Shown piece by piece: positions 36,101 through 46,896 of a stretch of DNA of 64,000 nucleotides. The position numbers were made by a program, and so were the translations under genes. Source of the stretch: Bigelowiella natans CCMP2755 (taxonomy: Eukaryota > Protista > Cercozoa); contig ADNK01000489.1 in NCBI GenBank assembly GCA_000320545.1, positions 1 through 64,000 of the forward strand. Direction: 5' to 3'. Numbering within the stretch: the first letter of the stretch is position 1; every line of letters starts with the position of its first letter. Below the pieces are notes generated by a model, which ran no database searches, was not told where the DNA came from, and was given only the letters and a program-made list of their open reading frames with translations.

Positions 36101-39100
36101 ATGTCGGATAAAAACAAGGACGATCAGCTCGTGCGTGGGATCTCCACCACAGATTCTGTAGACCCTATTTTTAACAAGACACCGAAAGCGAACTACATGC
36201 AGGTCATTGAGGATGAACCGGAAGAAAATGGTGTTAAAAAGTCATCTCGTGTTTCATCTTATGCTGCGAAGAATGCAGCGTTGGCTGACACAAAGGGACC
36301 TGAGGTAGATCCTTTCGAGGAGCATCGGGCGTCCAGGGTTTCCGATCGTGATGATGATTACAAAAAACAACGGCTTAATCGGGCTGATCTTTCTCCAGAA
36401 CGGGTTGATCCTTTTGCAGAGAGTGGAAGCGGGGGTGCACAAGCAGAAAAAAGGGGTTACGCAGCTATTATGAAAGAGAGGGAGTTGGAGAGGGAGGAGA
36501 AACGCGTTATGAGGGCAATTGAAGAAAAGGAGAAAGAAGCGAAGGAAGCAAAAGCAGCAGGAAAGCGAAAACGATGGGACTCCTCTGAAGCAACTCCAGC
36601 TGGGCCCAAGAAATCGAAGTGGGATGCTGGTAGGACCCAATCTTCATTATTGGAATGATTCAGTTGATCATGTAATAATTTGCATTTTCAGATGTTACGC
36701 CAGCACGGACTCCAGCTCCTGAGACTCCTGCTAACGGTAGTGGGAGTAAATGGGATGCAACCCCAGGTCGTACTCCGTCGACAAGCGCCGCTGGAAGGTG
36801 GGACGCGACACCTGCGCGTACGCCCTCCGCTAAGAAGAGATGGGATGCGACTCCAGGTCGCACACCTTCGAGTGGATCCAATAAGAGATGGGATGCGACG
36901 CCAGGACGCACTCCCTCCGGTAGCACATCTCGCTGGGACTCAACTCCTGCAAGGACGCCATCTGGAACTGCAAAGCGGTGGGATGCGACACCCGGCAGAA
37001 CCCCATCCGGGGGATCTTCAAAGCGATGGGATTCCACACCAGCCCGAACGCCAGCAGGCGGCGTGACACCTGCAGGAAAGAAAAGCCGATGGGATGCGAC
37101 CCCCTCAATGACACCAGCAGGGACTCCAGCTGGAGGGTTTGGGATGACACCAGGAGGTGCAACACCGGGCGGGAAGAAGTCACGATGGGATGAGACCCCG
37201 AATATCGCGAATCAGACACCACGAACTCCAGGAATGACTCCGGGTCAAACACCCGTGGGTCCAATCAACATGCCTACGCCTGTTCCTATGACACCCGAAT
37301 TGTTCCAAAACATCAGGATTCAGAAGGAGCTTGATGCGAGGAACCGTCCACTAACAGACGAGGAGCTTGATGAGATGCTCCCAAAAGATGGATACATCAT
37401 CATGAAGCCGCCGGAGAGCTATAAGCCTATTAGGACTCCTTCGCGTAGGCTCATGATGACCCCAACTCCAATGGGAGCACTTGCTTATCAGATGCCTGAA
37501 GAGGAAGCCCAGAAGTTCGATATGCCACCTGCCCCTGCAGATTTACCCTTCTCAAAACCAGAAGATTATGAAAATTTCCAGAAGCTTCTCGAGGATGTAG
37601 ACGAGGATACTCTCTCACCTGCAGAACAGAATGAGCGCAAGATTATGAAGCTCCTCCTTAAAGTGAAGAATGGGACGCCTCCTCAGAGAAAAACTGCCTT
37701 GCGTCACCTCACGCAAAAGGCTCGTCAGCTCGGTGCAGGCCCTCTATTCAACCAGATCCTGCCACTTTTAATGTCGCCAACTCTGGAAGATCAAGAGCGT
37801 CACTTGCTTGTGAAAGTAATCGACCGAGTTCTTTATAAGTTAGATGATTTAGTTCGTCCCTACGTTCATAAAATCTTGGTTGTCATCGAACCACTGTTGA
37901 TCGACGAAGATTATTATGCACGTGTAGAGGGTCGTGAAATTGTCTCCAACCTTGCCAAGGCTGCTGGTCTGGCAACGATGATTGCTGTCATGAGGCCTGA
38001 TATAGATAATGTAGATGAATACGTCCGTAACACAACCGCCCGAGCATTCGCCGTAGTGGCATCTGCCCTCGGAATCCACTCCTTGCTACCGTTCCTAAAA
38101 GCAGTCTGCCAGAGTAAAAAGTCTTGGCAGGCCCGTCACACTGGTATCAAGATTATTCAACAAATAGCAATCCTGATGGGTTGCGCAATCTTGCCCCACC
38201 TTCGCGCTCTGGTGCAGATCATTGAGCACGGTCTTCAAGACGAGCAATCCAAAGTTCGCACGATCACCGCCCTTGCGCTCGCAGCACTAGCAGAGGCAGC
38301 ATGCCCCTACGGAATTGAATCCTTTGACTCAGTCCTGCGTCCCCTTTGGAAAGGTATCAAAACGCACAGAGGGAAGACCCTCGCTGCGTTCCTCAAGGCG
38401 ATTGGTTACGTCATTCCTCTTATGGACTCTAACTATGCCAACTACTACACCAAGGAGGTGATGGGAGTTCTCATTCGTGAGTTCAGCACCGCAGACGAGG
38501 AAATGAAGAAAATTGTATTGAAGGTCGTGAAGCAGTGTGTTGCAACCGACGGCGTGGAAGCGGAATATGTGAAGAAAGAAGTCCTTCCAGAATTCTCCCG
38601 ACACTTCTGGGTCCGCCGCATGGCGTTGGAGAGGAGGAATTATCAGCAGCTAGTGGAAACCACAGTCGAAATAGCGAATAAGGTGGGAGGGGCGACAATC
38701 GTCGGAAAGGTCGTAGATGAGCTCAAAGATGAATCGGAGCCGTTTAGAAAAATGACTATGGAAACTGTGGAGAAGATTCTTACAGAGAATGGCGCAGCAG
38801 ACATTGACCAAAAACTGGAAGAAAAGCTTATTGACGGTATCCTCTACGCCTTCCAAGAACAAACCAGCGACGATTATAAGGTTATGCTCAATGGATTTGG
38901 GGCGGTCGTAAATGCTCTCGGAAAACGGGCCAAGCTATATCTCCCTCAGGTGTGTGGAATTATCAAATGGCGTTTGAATAACAAAGCCGCTCGAGTGCGT
39001 CAACAAGCCGCAGACCTCATTTCACGGATTGCAGTTGTGATGAAAACATGCGGTGAGGAACAATTGATGGGACACTTGGGTGTAGTCCTGTACGAATATC

Positions 39101-40068
39101 TAGGAGAGGAATACCCTGAGGTCCTTGGTTCCATTCTCGGCGCCTTGAAAGCCATTGTTAACGTGATAGGTATGGAAAAAATGACACCGCCGATAAAAGA
39201 CCTCCTCCCTCGACTCACCCCTGTGCTGAAAAATCGCCACGAGAAAGTACAGGAGAACTGTATTGACCTCGTCGGACGTATTGCTGACAGAGGAGCAGAG
39301 TACGTAGCAGCGAAGGAGTGGATGCGGATATGTTTCGAGCTTCTTGAGATGCTTAAAGCTCACAAGAAGGCGATTCGTCGTGCGACTGTAAACACCTTTG
39401 GATACATTGCGAAAGCAGTGGGGCCTCAGGATGTGCTCGCGACGCTTTTGAACAACCTCAAGGTGCAAGAACGACAAAATCGTGTGTGCACAACAGTAGC
39501 TATTGCAATCGTAGCTGAGACATGTTCCCCGTTCACGGTTCTGCCTGCACTGATGAACGAATACCGGGTACCAGAGCTCAACGTACAAAACGGAGTCCTC
39601 AAAGCTCTTTCGTTCCTCTTTGAATACATCGGTGAGATGGGCAAGGACTACGTATATGCAGTCACTTATTTACTCGAGGATGCCCTCATGGATCGAGATT
39701 TGGTGCACAGACAGACAGCGTGCTGCGTGGTCAAGCACATGTCCCTCGGTGTTGCTGGTCTTGGAAGGGAAGACGCAATGCAGCACCTTCTTAATTTCGT
39801 CTGGCCTAACATCTTTGAGACCTCTCCTCACGTTATAAACGCCGTGCTCGAAGCTATCGAGGGGATATCAGTGGCGCTCGGTCCAACCACGATTCTCCAA
39901 TACTTGTTGCAAGGCCTATATCATCCAGCTCGTAAAGTCCGGCAAATTTATTGGAAGATTTACAATACACTGTACATCAGATATCAAGATGCCCTCATTC
40001 CGACCCTCCCTCGGGTTACAGATGACAAAGAAAACAACTACCGTCGCTGGGAACTCGAGTACTTCTAG
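36101..40068 (+). CDS. SF3B1: Splicing factor 3B subunit 1 (exons 36101-36629 and 36692-40068)
   Basis: RWDxTP repeats, [30 protein letters not shown] repeats nearly identical to known SF3B1 ([33 protein letters not shown]). Confidence 0.98.
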
Positions 40069-40659
40069 ATAGCCTCAAGTTGCTTGACAGTAGTTGCCGA
40101 GACAATGACACTGCATGTGGATGTGAACCTAAAAATGTATTCATGTGATAAACAAATGATAACTTCATCCTAATTTGATACGTTTTTAAATGCATTTCCG
40201 CAGTTACGTGCGAGAAATTGCCGTACACTAGTACATGTAGCATCTAGTGATGTGTGATGTGCGAACATTGCAGCCATGATGCTACTAAATTAAAAAATTG
40301 AACTAAGCGATGATGCAAGTGTGGCATTGCATCTCGCATGCTAGCATGTCTGACACGCTGCACCCCAGCGAGTGCGTCAGCAATGTGATGGATCCATGGC
40401 ATCCATGCTAGCATGCAGAAGATGTGTTCGCATTCAATCTAGCTAGCATCACATTGCGATCGATCATTGATGACGCGTTTGCATGCTAGCATGTGCAAAA
40501 CTGTGAAACACAGCTAGGATCACCAGATCACCTTTGAACAAATCCAGAAATTCAAGTGATCATTGATCACATCCGTCCGCCCACAGCTGCTAGCTAGCTG
40601 GTTGGTCAGCGCCAGCTAGCCAGAGCGCAGCGTGAGTGCATCGTTCCACACGCCGACGG

Positions 40660-43600
40660 TGTTGCGCGTAAGGTGTTCACAGGCCGAGGCGCTACGTGCA
40701 CAAGTAGGCAGGGGGGGGGGAAAGGCACGTTTGCTTCCTTTTGAAGAGTTGTGTTTATTTTTATTAAAGATTATATTTTTATTAAATCGTGCACTGCGTA
40801 ATCATTCGCGAAGCTTTCGCGAATGCCGCCGCACGTGGGGCAGCACACTTCCGGTGTGCTGCCATGAGTCCCGCCGGAACCCACGTGCCTATGCTGTATT
40901 AATATCTACGTTATCTATATTCTATATCCGCGACAACCCCTTTGTTGTCGCACGTGACTTGTGCCCGCGTAGTGGTACGCGCTACACCTCCCCCAAGTCA
41001 CGTTGCTCCTTCCTTCCTTCCTTATTCCCTTAGACCTTCATCGCTTTCGGAACTTCACCAACCACCAGGTAATAGATTCCTCTCTAACCTTATCTCCTTT
41101 GTCGCTTACCCAGAACTCACCTTCGTCCTTAGGTTCGTGTCCATACCAGCCCTCTGCATCAAGGTCCCCCAGGACCTTATACCAGTGCTCAAAGGGTAAG
41201 TCGGGAACAGCTAGGTAGAGTAGCTGATATTTTCCGTCCTTTATTTTCATAGCTACCCTCTCCATATTTCGTAATCCAGGGTAGCCTAGATAGACAATCT
41301 TCATGCGCCAATCGTCGTTCACCCTGACCTTATTGTTTCCATATTCCACATCGAACTTAGGTCGGGGTCCTAAACAAGGCATTGCTCGCTCCCACACAGT
41401 AGGGTTTACTTTAACATCCTCTAGGAGCTTCTCACCGATATCATAATTCTTTAGGTGACTGATGTGGCGCAAGGTGACCCTGTTCCCATCATAGATGTAG
41501 TACTGCTTCCTCCCCTTCCTCTCGGTAACCTTTGCAACGCCACCCCAGAAGGGGTCTTGTTTATTTCTCGATCTCAGATTTACCTTGGCCCTAACATACT
41601 GTCCTTCCTTTAGAACTCGGCCATCGTACGGGACCTTCTCGTCTTCGCTCTCGGTATCGTCGTCGTTGTCGTCGCCTTCTTCCCTCTCCTTATCCTTGAT
41701 ACCTCCCCCAGACGTGAAGGTGTCGTTTACTAACCCTTGTATCTTGTCTGGTGTGGTGCTATTTATCCTGCTTAGGTTGGCCAAGGTGCGGTGGAGTCGC
41801 TCTACCTTGGAGTTGGACTGGGCATAGTATACAGGTGAGGCATCAATATTAGGGTGTGGTAGCTGTAGAAGAGAGGTCTCATTATCCACATGTAACTTCT
41901 TTGGTATCTTGTTTATGCTAACTTCATCAGGGATAGCCTGGAGCTCAGACTCCCAGGTACGGTAGCAGTTAGTAAGCCTCTGCTTATATAAGCCTTTGTT
42001 CTTCTTAGCAACGTTGACCTTGATAATCTTTTTAACCCAGCACTTTCCAGTGGCCACATCAACGAAGGTAAGGTAGTGATAGCCATCGTACTTATAAACA
42101 TCAATTTGCACGATATCTAAGAAGTTCCTTGCTTTGATTTTCTTAGATGCACGGCTCTTGCTGGACTCCTTGGTGGCGACGCCTGCCGCCTTCAAGCTGG
42201 AGCACCTGCAGCCACGCAGGTATGTCCTTATCTCTTTTAGCTTGTAGGGCCAGTAGTAATGGTAGAGTAGAGCAGTGATATGGTTTTCTCCTACGTGTGC
42301 AGGTCCATGGGCGGTAAAGAGAAGGGCTCCCCTGGTCCGCCGTGGCACGTAGGTACGCCTAACATTATTAGTGTATACATATATCCTATCACTAAGTACC
42401 TCATGCTTGTGTTTGTATTTATCCAGGTGTTCTTGAAGGTGCTGGAGCTCCTCTGGCTCAGGCAGGAAGTCGCCGTCCTCGAAGGTAATCGCGTTAACCA
42501 TAGGGGTGACCTGGGTAGGGACTTTCTTTTCGAACAGCCTGCTGAAATAGTCAGCAAGCTGCTTGTCTCCTGGTGCGTAGACCACTGTCCTCTTGTCCCT
42601 AAACTCTTCCGTGTCCGCCCTCATAGCTGCATACTCATCGTTAGGCGCTTCGAGCTTGCGGTCGATGCCTAGGAGGGGCTTGTGGTCAGTCATTAAGGTG
42701 AAGCTGGGCACCGACAGCAGGTAGTATCTTAGTTTCCTCTGCGCCTCAGTCATGGCTTTATACTCTCCTTTTGTAGGGCTGTACTTGGCCTCAGCTGCTG
42801 TGCAGGCCCTGCCCCACACCCGTATGATCTGCTGGTCTTGGGTAAGTACAGCAGCCATACCTAGCTTAGACCAGTCTGTCCATAGGGTAGCTGGTCTAGT
42901 AGTGTCTAGCTTAGCATTCAATAGGGTGTTGCTGCATAACTTTATTAGGTTATCGAAGTGGGCATCAAGGCCAGCCTTGGCCCACACCTTAGCGAAGCTG
43001 AGGCCTACAGAGTTCTCCTTCCGGTAAGCAGTAGTAAAAGCAGCTGCAGTCCTAGCGTAGGTAGGGGAGAACCTACGTAGTATCCAAGCTGCAGTCTGCA
43101 AGAATGACTTTAACTCCTTTGCATTCTTAGGTTTAGGGGCTTGCTGTAGTGCTGCTACTTTCTCGGGGTTTGGGGTGATGCGGCCTTGCTCCAGGTAATA
43201 TCCACACCACTTGATTCTTGTAGCTAGGAATGTACACTTCTGCAGTCTAATAGTAAAACCGAAGTGTGCAAACCTAATAAATATATTTTCCAGGAGGAAG
43301 ATCTGAGCGACGACTGTGTTGGTACATATTATGTCATCATCCACATACACAAACACAAACACCCACAACACAGACGCCATCCCATCATGTGTGTATGCCC
43401 TGTAGTTCTGACTACTGAACGCATCCCCTGATATGCTTAGGCCGTAAGGGAATACGACGAAGTGCCACTTCCTGTGCCTGCTGGAGAACGCGGTAATGGG
43501 GCGGGAGGTTTTGTGGATGGGTGTCTGCATGTATGATTCATTTTTATCTAGGGAAGAGTAGTATTTGTATCCTATGACGTGTTCAATAACGTCATCTATC

Positions 43601-46376
43601 CTTGGTGTAGGTGTCTGGATCCTCTTTATTACTCGGTTGTGGCGGATGAAGTTGTGCGCCAGGCGGAAGAAAGGGTAAGTAGGTTTCTTAGCTAGCACAT
43701 GTCTCACGTTCCATGGTGAGTTGCTTGGCTCTATCTTCCCTTCCTTTGCCCATTCATTGATCTGCCACTCTATCTTTTCCCAGTCCGCTTCCGGTCGCCT
43801 ATGTTCTGGGTCATTGATGATGCACTCTTCGTATCCCTTCTTTAGCTCGATCTTTACTGGGGTAAGCTTGCTGGAGGGCTTCGTCGTCGGCTTGGTGATG
43901 TCAGAGTACTTCTCGTTTAATATTTTATTAATGTACTTTTTGCCTTTGTCGATATCCCAATCATCAGCTGGGGGGGTCTTGTCCAGTAGCTCCGTTATCT
44001 GTCGGATGGTCTTGCCGGGGTTCTTCTTCCGTAGCTCGGTAGGTGTAGGTAGCTTGTTGTCCGCTAGGTCCATAAACTCTAACGCATTAACGCTTGACTC
44101 AGAGGTCCACTCGTCAAGCCGTATCATGTTCTGGCTGATGGTCCTGCCTGACTTCTTTGGCAACTTAGCAAAGTATATCTTGTGATTGTAGAATGATATG
44201 ATCCCCCCTAATTTTTCTAGGGCATCCTGTCCGAGGAGTAGTTCCATGGATAAAGTCATGGCTACTCGGGTCTTGATTTGGGTCTCCGCGTCGCTGCCAG
44301 GTATCTGTAGCTTTAGCATTAGCTCACCGACGGTCTTCATGGAAGAGCTTCCGTCTGCTTGAGCATATTTACGTTCTTTCTTAGTCACTTGATCCAATAG
44401 TCCTAACCTTCTTACTGTGCTTAGGCTTATGAAGGACTTCGGCATGCTGCCACTATCCCAAAGGGCAGGTAGTTTCTTGTAGTCTCCGTAGCTGTCTTTA
44501 ACTTTAACCTTGGTCATAGCAACTTTGATAGTCCTGTTAGCGTCTTCGTCATTAATGTTGCATACTCCTAAGTTCTTTATGTCGTCTAGGGTCATGGGCT
44601 TGTCTTGGTCCTGCGTTGCTGGTACTGCTGTCTTCGTCGGCGCCTGCTTAAGGTGATCTAATATTCCGTTTATCTGCTGCTGTATAGCATTGATACTGTT
44701 CTGCTTTTTGTTCTTATATTTATTGTTCTTCCCGTTGTTGCTGCCTTGCCATTTGCTGTTGTTATATCCTTGTCCTCTGCCTTTCTTTCTCTTTAACTTC
44801 TCGTAGTGTTCGTTGAGCTGCCTGATCGTCATCCTGGGTCGTCCTTCTTTCCTGTCTCTGCAGTCTTTAGCGGTGTGTTTCCCTTTACGTGAGCAGTATC
44901 CGCAACGTCGGTTACCTTCCCTGTCCTTGTACCAGTCTCGCTGCGGCTTAATAGCGTTAATGTTTCCTATGCCAGGTACCTTAGGGCTGGTAAACTTGCG
45001 GTCCTGCTCCTGCTCGCGTAGGGATATAGCCTGCACTGCTGCCTCCATCGTGGTGTAGCCTTTCTCCGTAACGTAAGTGGATTCCTTTATCTTTAACTTG
45101 AACTCTTCAAACCTTGCCTGATCATCACCTGTGTTGTAATTAAAATCATGTAGTTCGTCGATCATATCCTGGAAGCGCGTGGCAAAGTCTCTAACAGGTT
45201 CTCTCTCATGCTGCATCATTGCTCTGTATTTTCTAATAGCCTGGGGTAGGGAGTTAGCATCCTGTTCATTTACAAAAGCCTTCATTATCGCCTCAACGTC
45301 TCGTAGCCCACTAACTGTAGTGTGTATTTTCTCTAGCTGCCTGATCCGGGTCCTGCCTGTCTCGTAAAGGTCCATGGCTTGCTTTATTATAGCTAGCCAT
45401 TTGAGCTTGTCGTTTTCGGTGGGGTTAGGGGTAAAGTCGCAGAGTATACTCCTAGCGTTCTTCCACCACCTCCTTGCCTCACCTCTTTTCCCGTTGTATT
45501 TCGTTATCATAACCGGTGCTGTTTTAACAGACATGAACTGGGTGTTCCGCTGTACCGGCTGCTGCTGCTTGACGGTGCTCTGGGTCGTCCCCCGCGAGGC
45601 GCCCAGACCCCCGTCGTTCCTAAACAAAGCTGCCCACTCTGGAGGTAAGTCTGCTTCGTAATCCATGATGTCCTGCATGATAGCTGCCCAAACATCATGT
45701 GTCTGATACTTGTATTCTATCGATACTTTCAGTTTGGCGTAGTTGCTCGCCCTGGGTCGCAAGGCTCGTAATGCCATTACGACCTTCTTGCTTTCGGCGG
45801 CCACGTCCTCGTCGTCCGCCTCGTAGAAGTTCTCCAGTGCCTCTGCTGCTGCATCTGCTTTCTTAATCCCGGGTGCTGGTCCCGGCGGTGCCTGTGGAGG
45901 TGTTCCTCCTCCTTCCTTAGCGTCCGTATCGCCCTTCCTTTCCTGTTTCTGCTCGTGCCCTTGCACGGCCTGCGAGCCAAAGTCCTGCTGTTCTTCTAGC
46001 TGCTGTGACATTGTTAGTCAAATCGTTTCCCGTGTGTGGAAGCCAAAGGTTGTTGCGCGTAAGGTGTTCACAGGCCGAGGCGCTACGTGCACAAGTAGGC
46101 AGGGGGGGGGAAAGGCACGTTTGCTTCCTTTTGAAGAGTTGTGTTTATTTTTATTAAAGATTATATTTTTATTAAATCGTGCACTGCGTAATCATTCGCG
46201 AAGCTTTCGCGAATGCCGCCGCACGTGGGGCAGCACACTTCCGGTGTGCTGCCATGAGTCCCGCCGGAACCCACGTGCCTATGCTGTATTAATATCTACG
46301 TTATCTATATTCTATATCCGCGACAACCCCTTTGTTGTCGCACGTGACTTGTGCCCGCGTAGTGGTACGCGCTACA
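40660..46376 (-). mobile_element. Intact Ty3/gypsy-type LTR retrotransposon, copy 2 (inverted relative to copy 1)
   Basis: LTRs 46051-46376 and 40660-40986 (latter with one extra G in the homopolymer); 4-bp TSD ACGG (40656-40659, 46377-46380). Confidence 0.97.
41038..46011 (-). CDS. Gag-Pol polyprotein, 1657 aa
   Basis: Same as 14157-19130 except TEEGY versus TEKGY. Confidence 0.97.
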   Translation of the reverse strand: MSQQLEEQQDFGSQAVQGHEQKQERKGDTDAKEGGGTPPQAPPGPAPGIKKADAAAEALENFYEADDEDVAAESKKVVMALRALRPRASNYAKLKVSIEYKYQTHDVWAAIMQDIMDYEADLPPEWAALFRNDGGLGASRGTTQSTVKQQQPVQRNTQFMSVKTAPVMITKYNGKRGEARRWWKNARSILCDFTPNPTENDKLKWLAIIKQAMDLYETGRTRIRQLEKIHTTVSGLRDVEAIMKAFVNEQDANSLPQAIRKYRAMMQHEREPVRDFATRFQDMIDELHDFNYNTGDDQARFEEFKLKIKESTYVTEKGYTTMEAAVQAISLREQEQDRKFTSPKVPGIGNINAIKPQRDWYKDREGNRRCGYCSRKGKHTAKDCRDRKEGRPRMTIRQLNEHYEKLKRKKGRGQGYNNSKWQGSNNGKNNKYKNKKQNSINAIQQQINGILDHLKQAPTKTAVPATQDQDKPMTLDDIKNLGVCNINDEDANRTIKVAMTKVKVKDSYGDYKKLPALWDSGSMPKSFISLSTVRRLGLLDQVTKKERKYAQADGSSSMKTVGELMLKLQIPGSDAETQIKTRVAMTLSMELLLGQDALEKLGGIISFYNHKIYFAKLPKKSGRTISQNMIRLDEWTSESSVNALEFMDLADNKLPTPTELRKKNPGKTIRQITELLDKTPPADDWDIDKGKKYINKILNEKYSDITKPTTKPSSKLTPVKIELKKGYEECIINDPEHRRPEADWEKIEWQINEWAKEGKIEPSNSPWNVRHVLAKKPTYPFFRLAHNFIRHNRVIKRIQTPTPRIDDVIEHVIGYKYYSSLDKNESYMQTPIHKTSRPITAFSSRHRKWHFVVFPYGLSISGDAFSSQNYRAYTHDGMASVLWVFVFVYVDDDIICTNTVVAQIFLLENIFIRFAHFGFTIRLQKCTFLATRIKWCGYYLEQGRITPNPEKVAALQQAPKPKNAKELKSFLQTAAWILRRFSPTYARTAAAFTTAYRKENSVGLSFAKVWAKAGLDAHFDNLIKLCSNTLLNAKLDTTRPATLWTDWSKLGMAAVLTQDQQIIRVWGRACTAAEAKYSPTKGEYKAMTEAQRKLRYYLLSVPSFTLMTDHKPLLGIDRKLEAPNDEYAAMRADTEEFRDKRTVVYAPGDKQLADYFSRLFEKKVPTQVTPMVNAITFEDGDFLPEPEELQHLQEHLDKYKHKHEVLSDRIYVYTNNVRRTYVPRRTRGALLFTAHGPAHVGENHITALLYHYYWPYKLKEIRTYLRGCRCSSLKAAGVATKESSKSRASKKIKARNFLDIVQIDVYKYDGYHYLTFVDVATGKCWVKKIIKVNVAKKNKGLYKQRLTNCYRTWESELQAIPDEVSINKIPKKLHVDNETSLLQLPHPNIDASPVYYAQSNSKVERLHRTLANLSRINSTTPDKIQGLVNDTFTSGGGIKDKEREEGDDNDDDTESEDEKVPYDGRVLKEGQYVRAKVNLRSRNKQDPFWGGVAKVTERKGRKQYYIYDGNRVTLRHISHLKNYDIGEKLLEDVKVNPTVWERAMPCLGPRPKFDVEYGNNKVRVNDDWRMKIVYLGYPGLRNMERVAMKIKDGKYQLLYLAVPDLPFEHWYKVLGDLDAEGWYGHEPKDEGEFWVSDKGDKVREESITWWLVKFRKR

Positions 46377-46896
46377 ACGGATCGCGCTAGCTAGATGGCT
46401 AGCTGGGGTCATCATCACTTGATGCGAGATGGACAATGAACAAACAGGGATCGATTGCACATGACATGAATGCGCACACTTGCTTGGCTTGCACACAACA
46501 AGCGCAGGCTTGCTAGCTTGCTAGCTTGGGAGTTGGCTTGCGTGGCAGCGCAGCTGGCTGTCCAGCTAGCTAGCTGCGTGCTAGCAGAACCAGAGAAGGA
46601 TCCATGATGAGAGCTAGAGAGAGAGAAGCACAGACCTAGAGATGCATCGCACAGAGAATGAACGGCATGAACAAATCAATCGCAACGGTGTGCATGGCAG
46701 GGCCATCAATCTTTCCATTTCACAATCCTGAAAATTTCCGAGCATGAATCTTCCCTCCTCGGCCCGAGTGAAAGAGAAAGCCAGCAGCCTCGTCGTACTC
46801 TCCGTTCTGCAGCCTTTTCAACGGGAATTTATCCATTGCGACAATGATTTTCACAAGACGTCGTCTTAGTCTGGACCGACGTAACAATACAATGCA

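Noticed and set aside
36740-37200. Regularly spaced GATGGGATGCGAC repeats resembling a CRISPR array
   Set aside because: They encode the RWDATP repeats of SF3B1; eukaryotic context, no cas genes
40660-46376. Second LTR copy as an assembly duplication
   Set aside because: Has its own matching TSD and at least two sequence differences from copy 1
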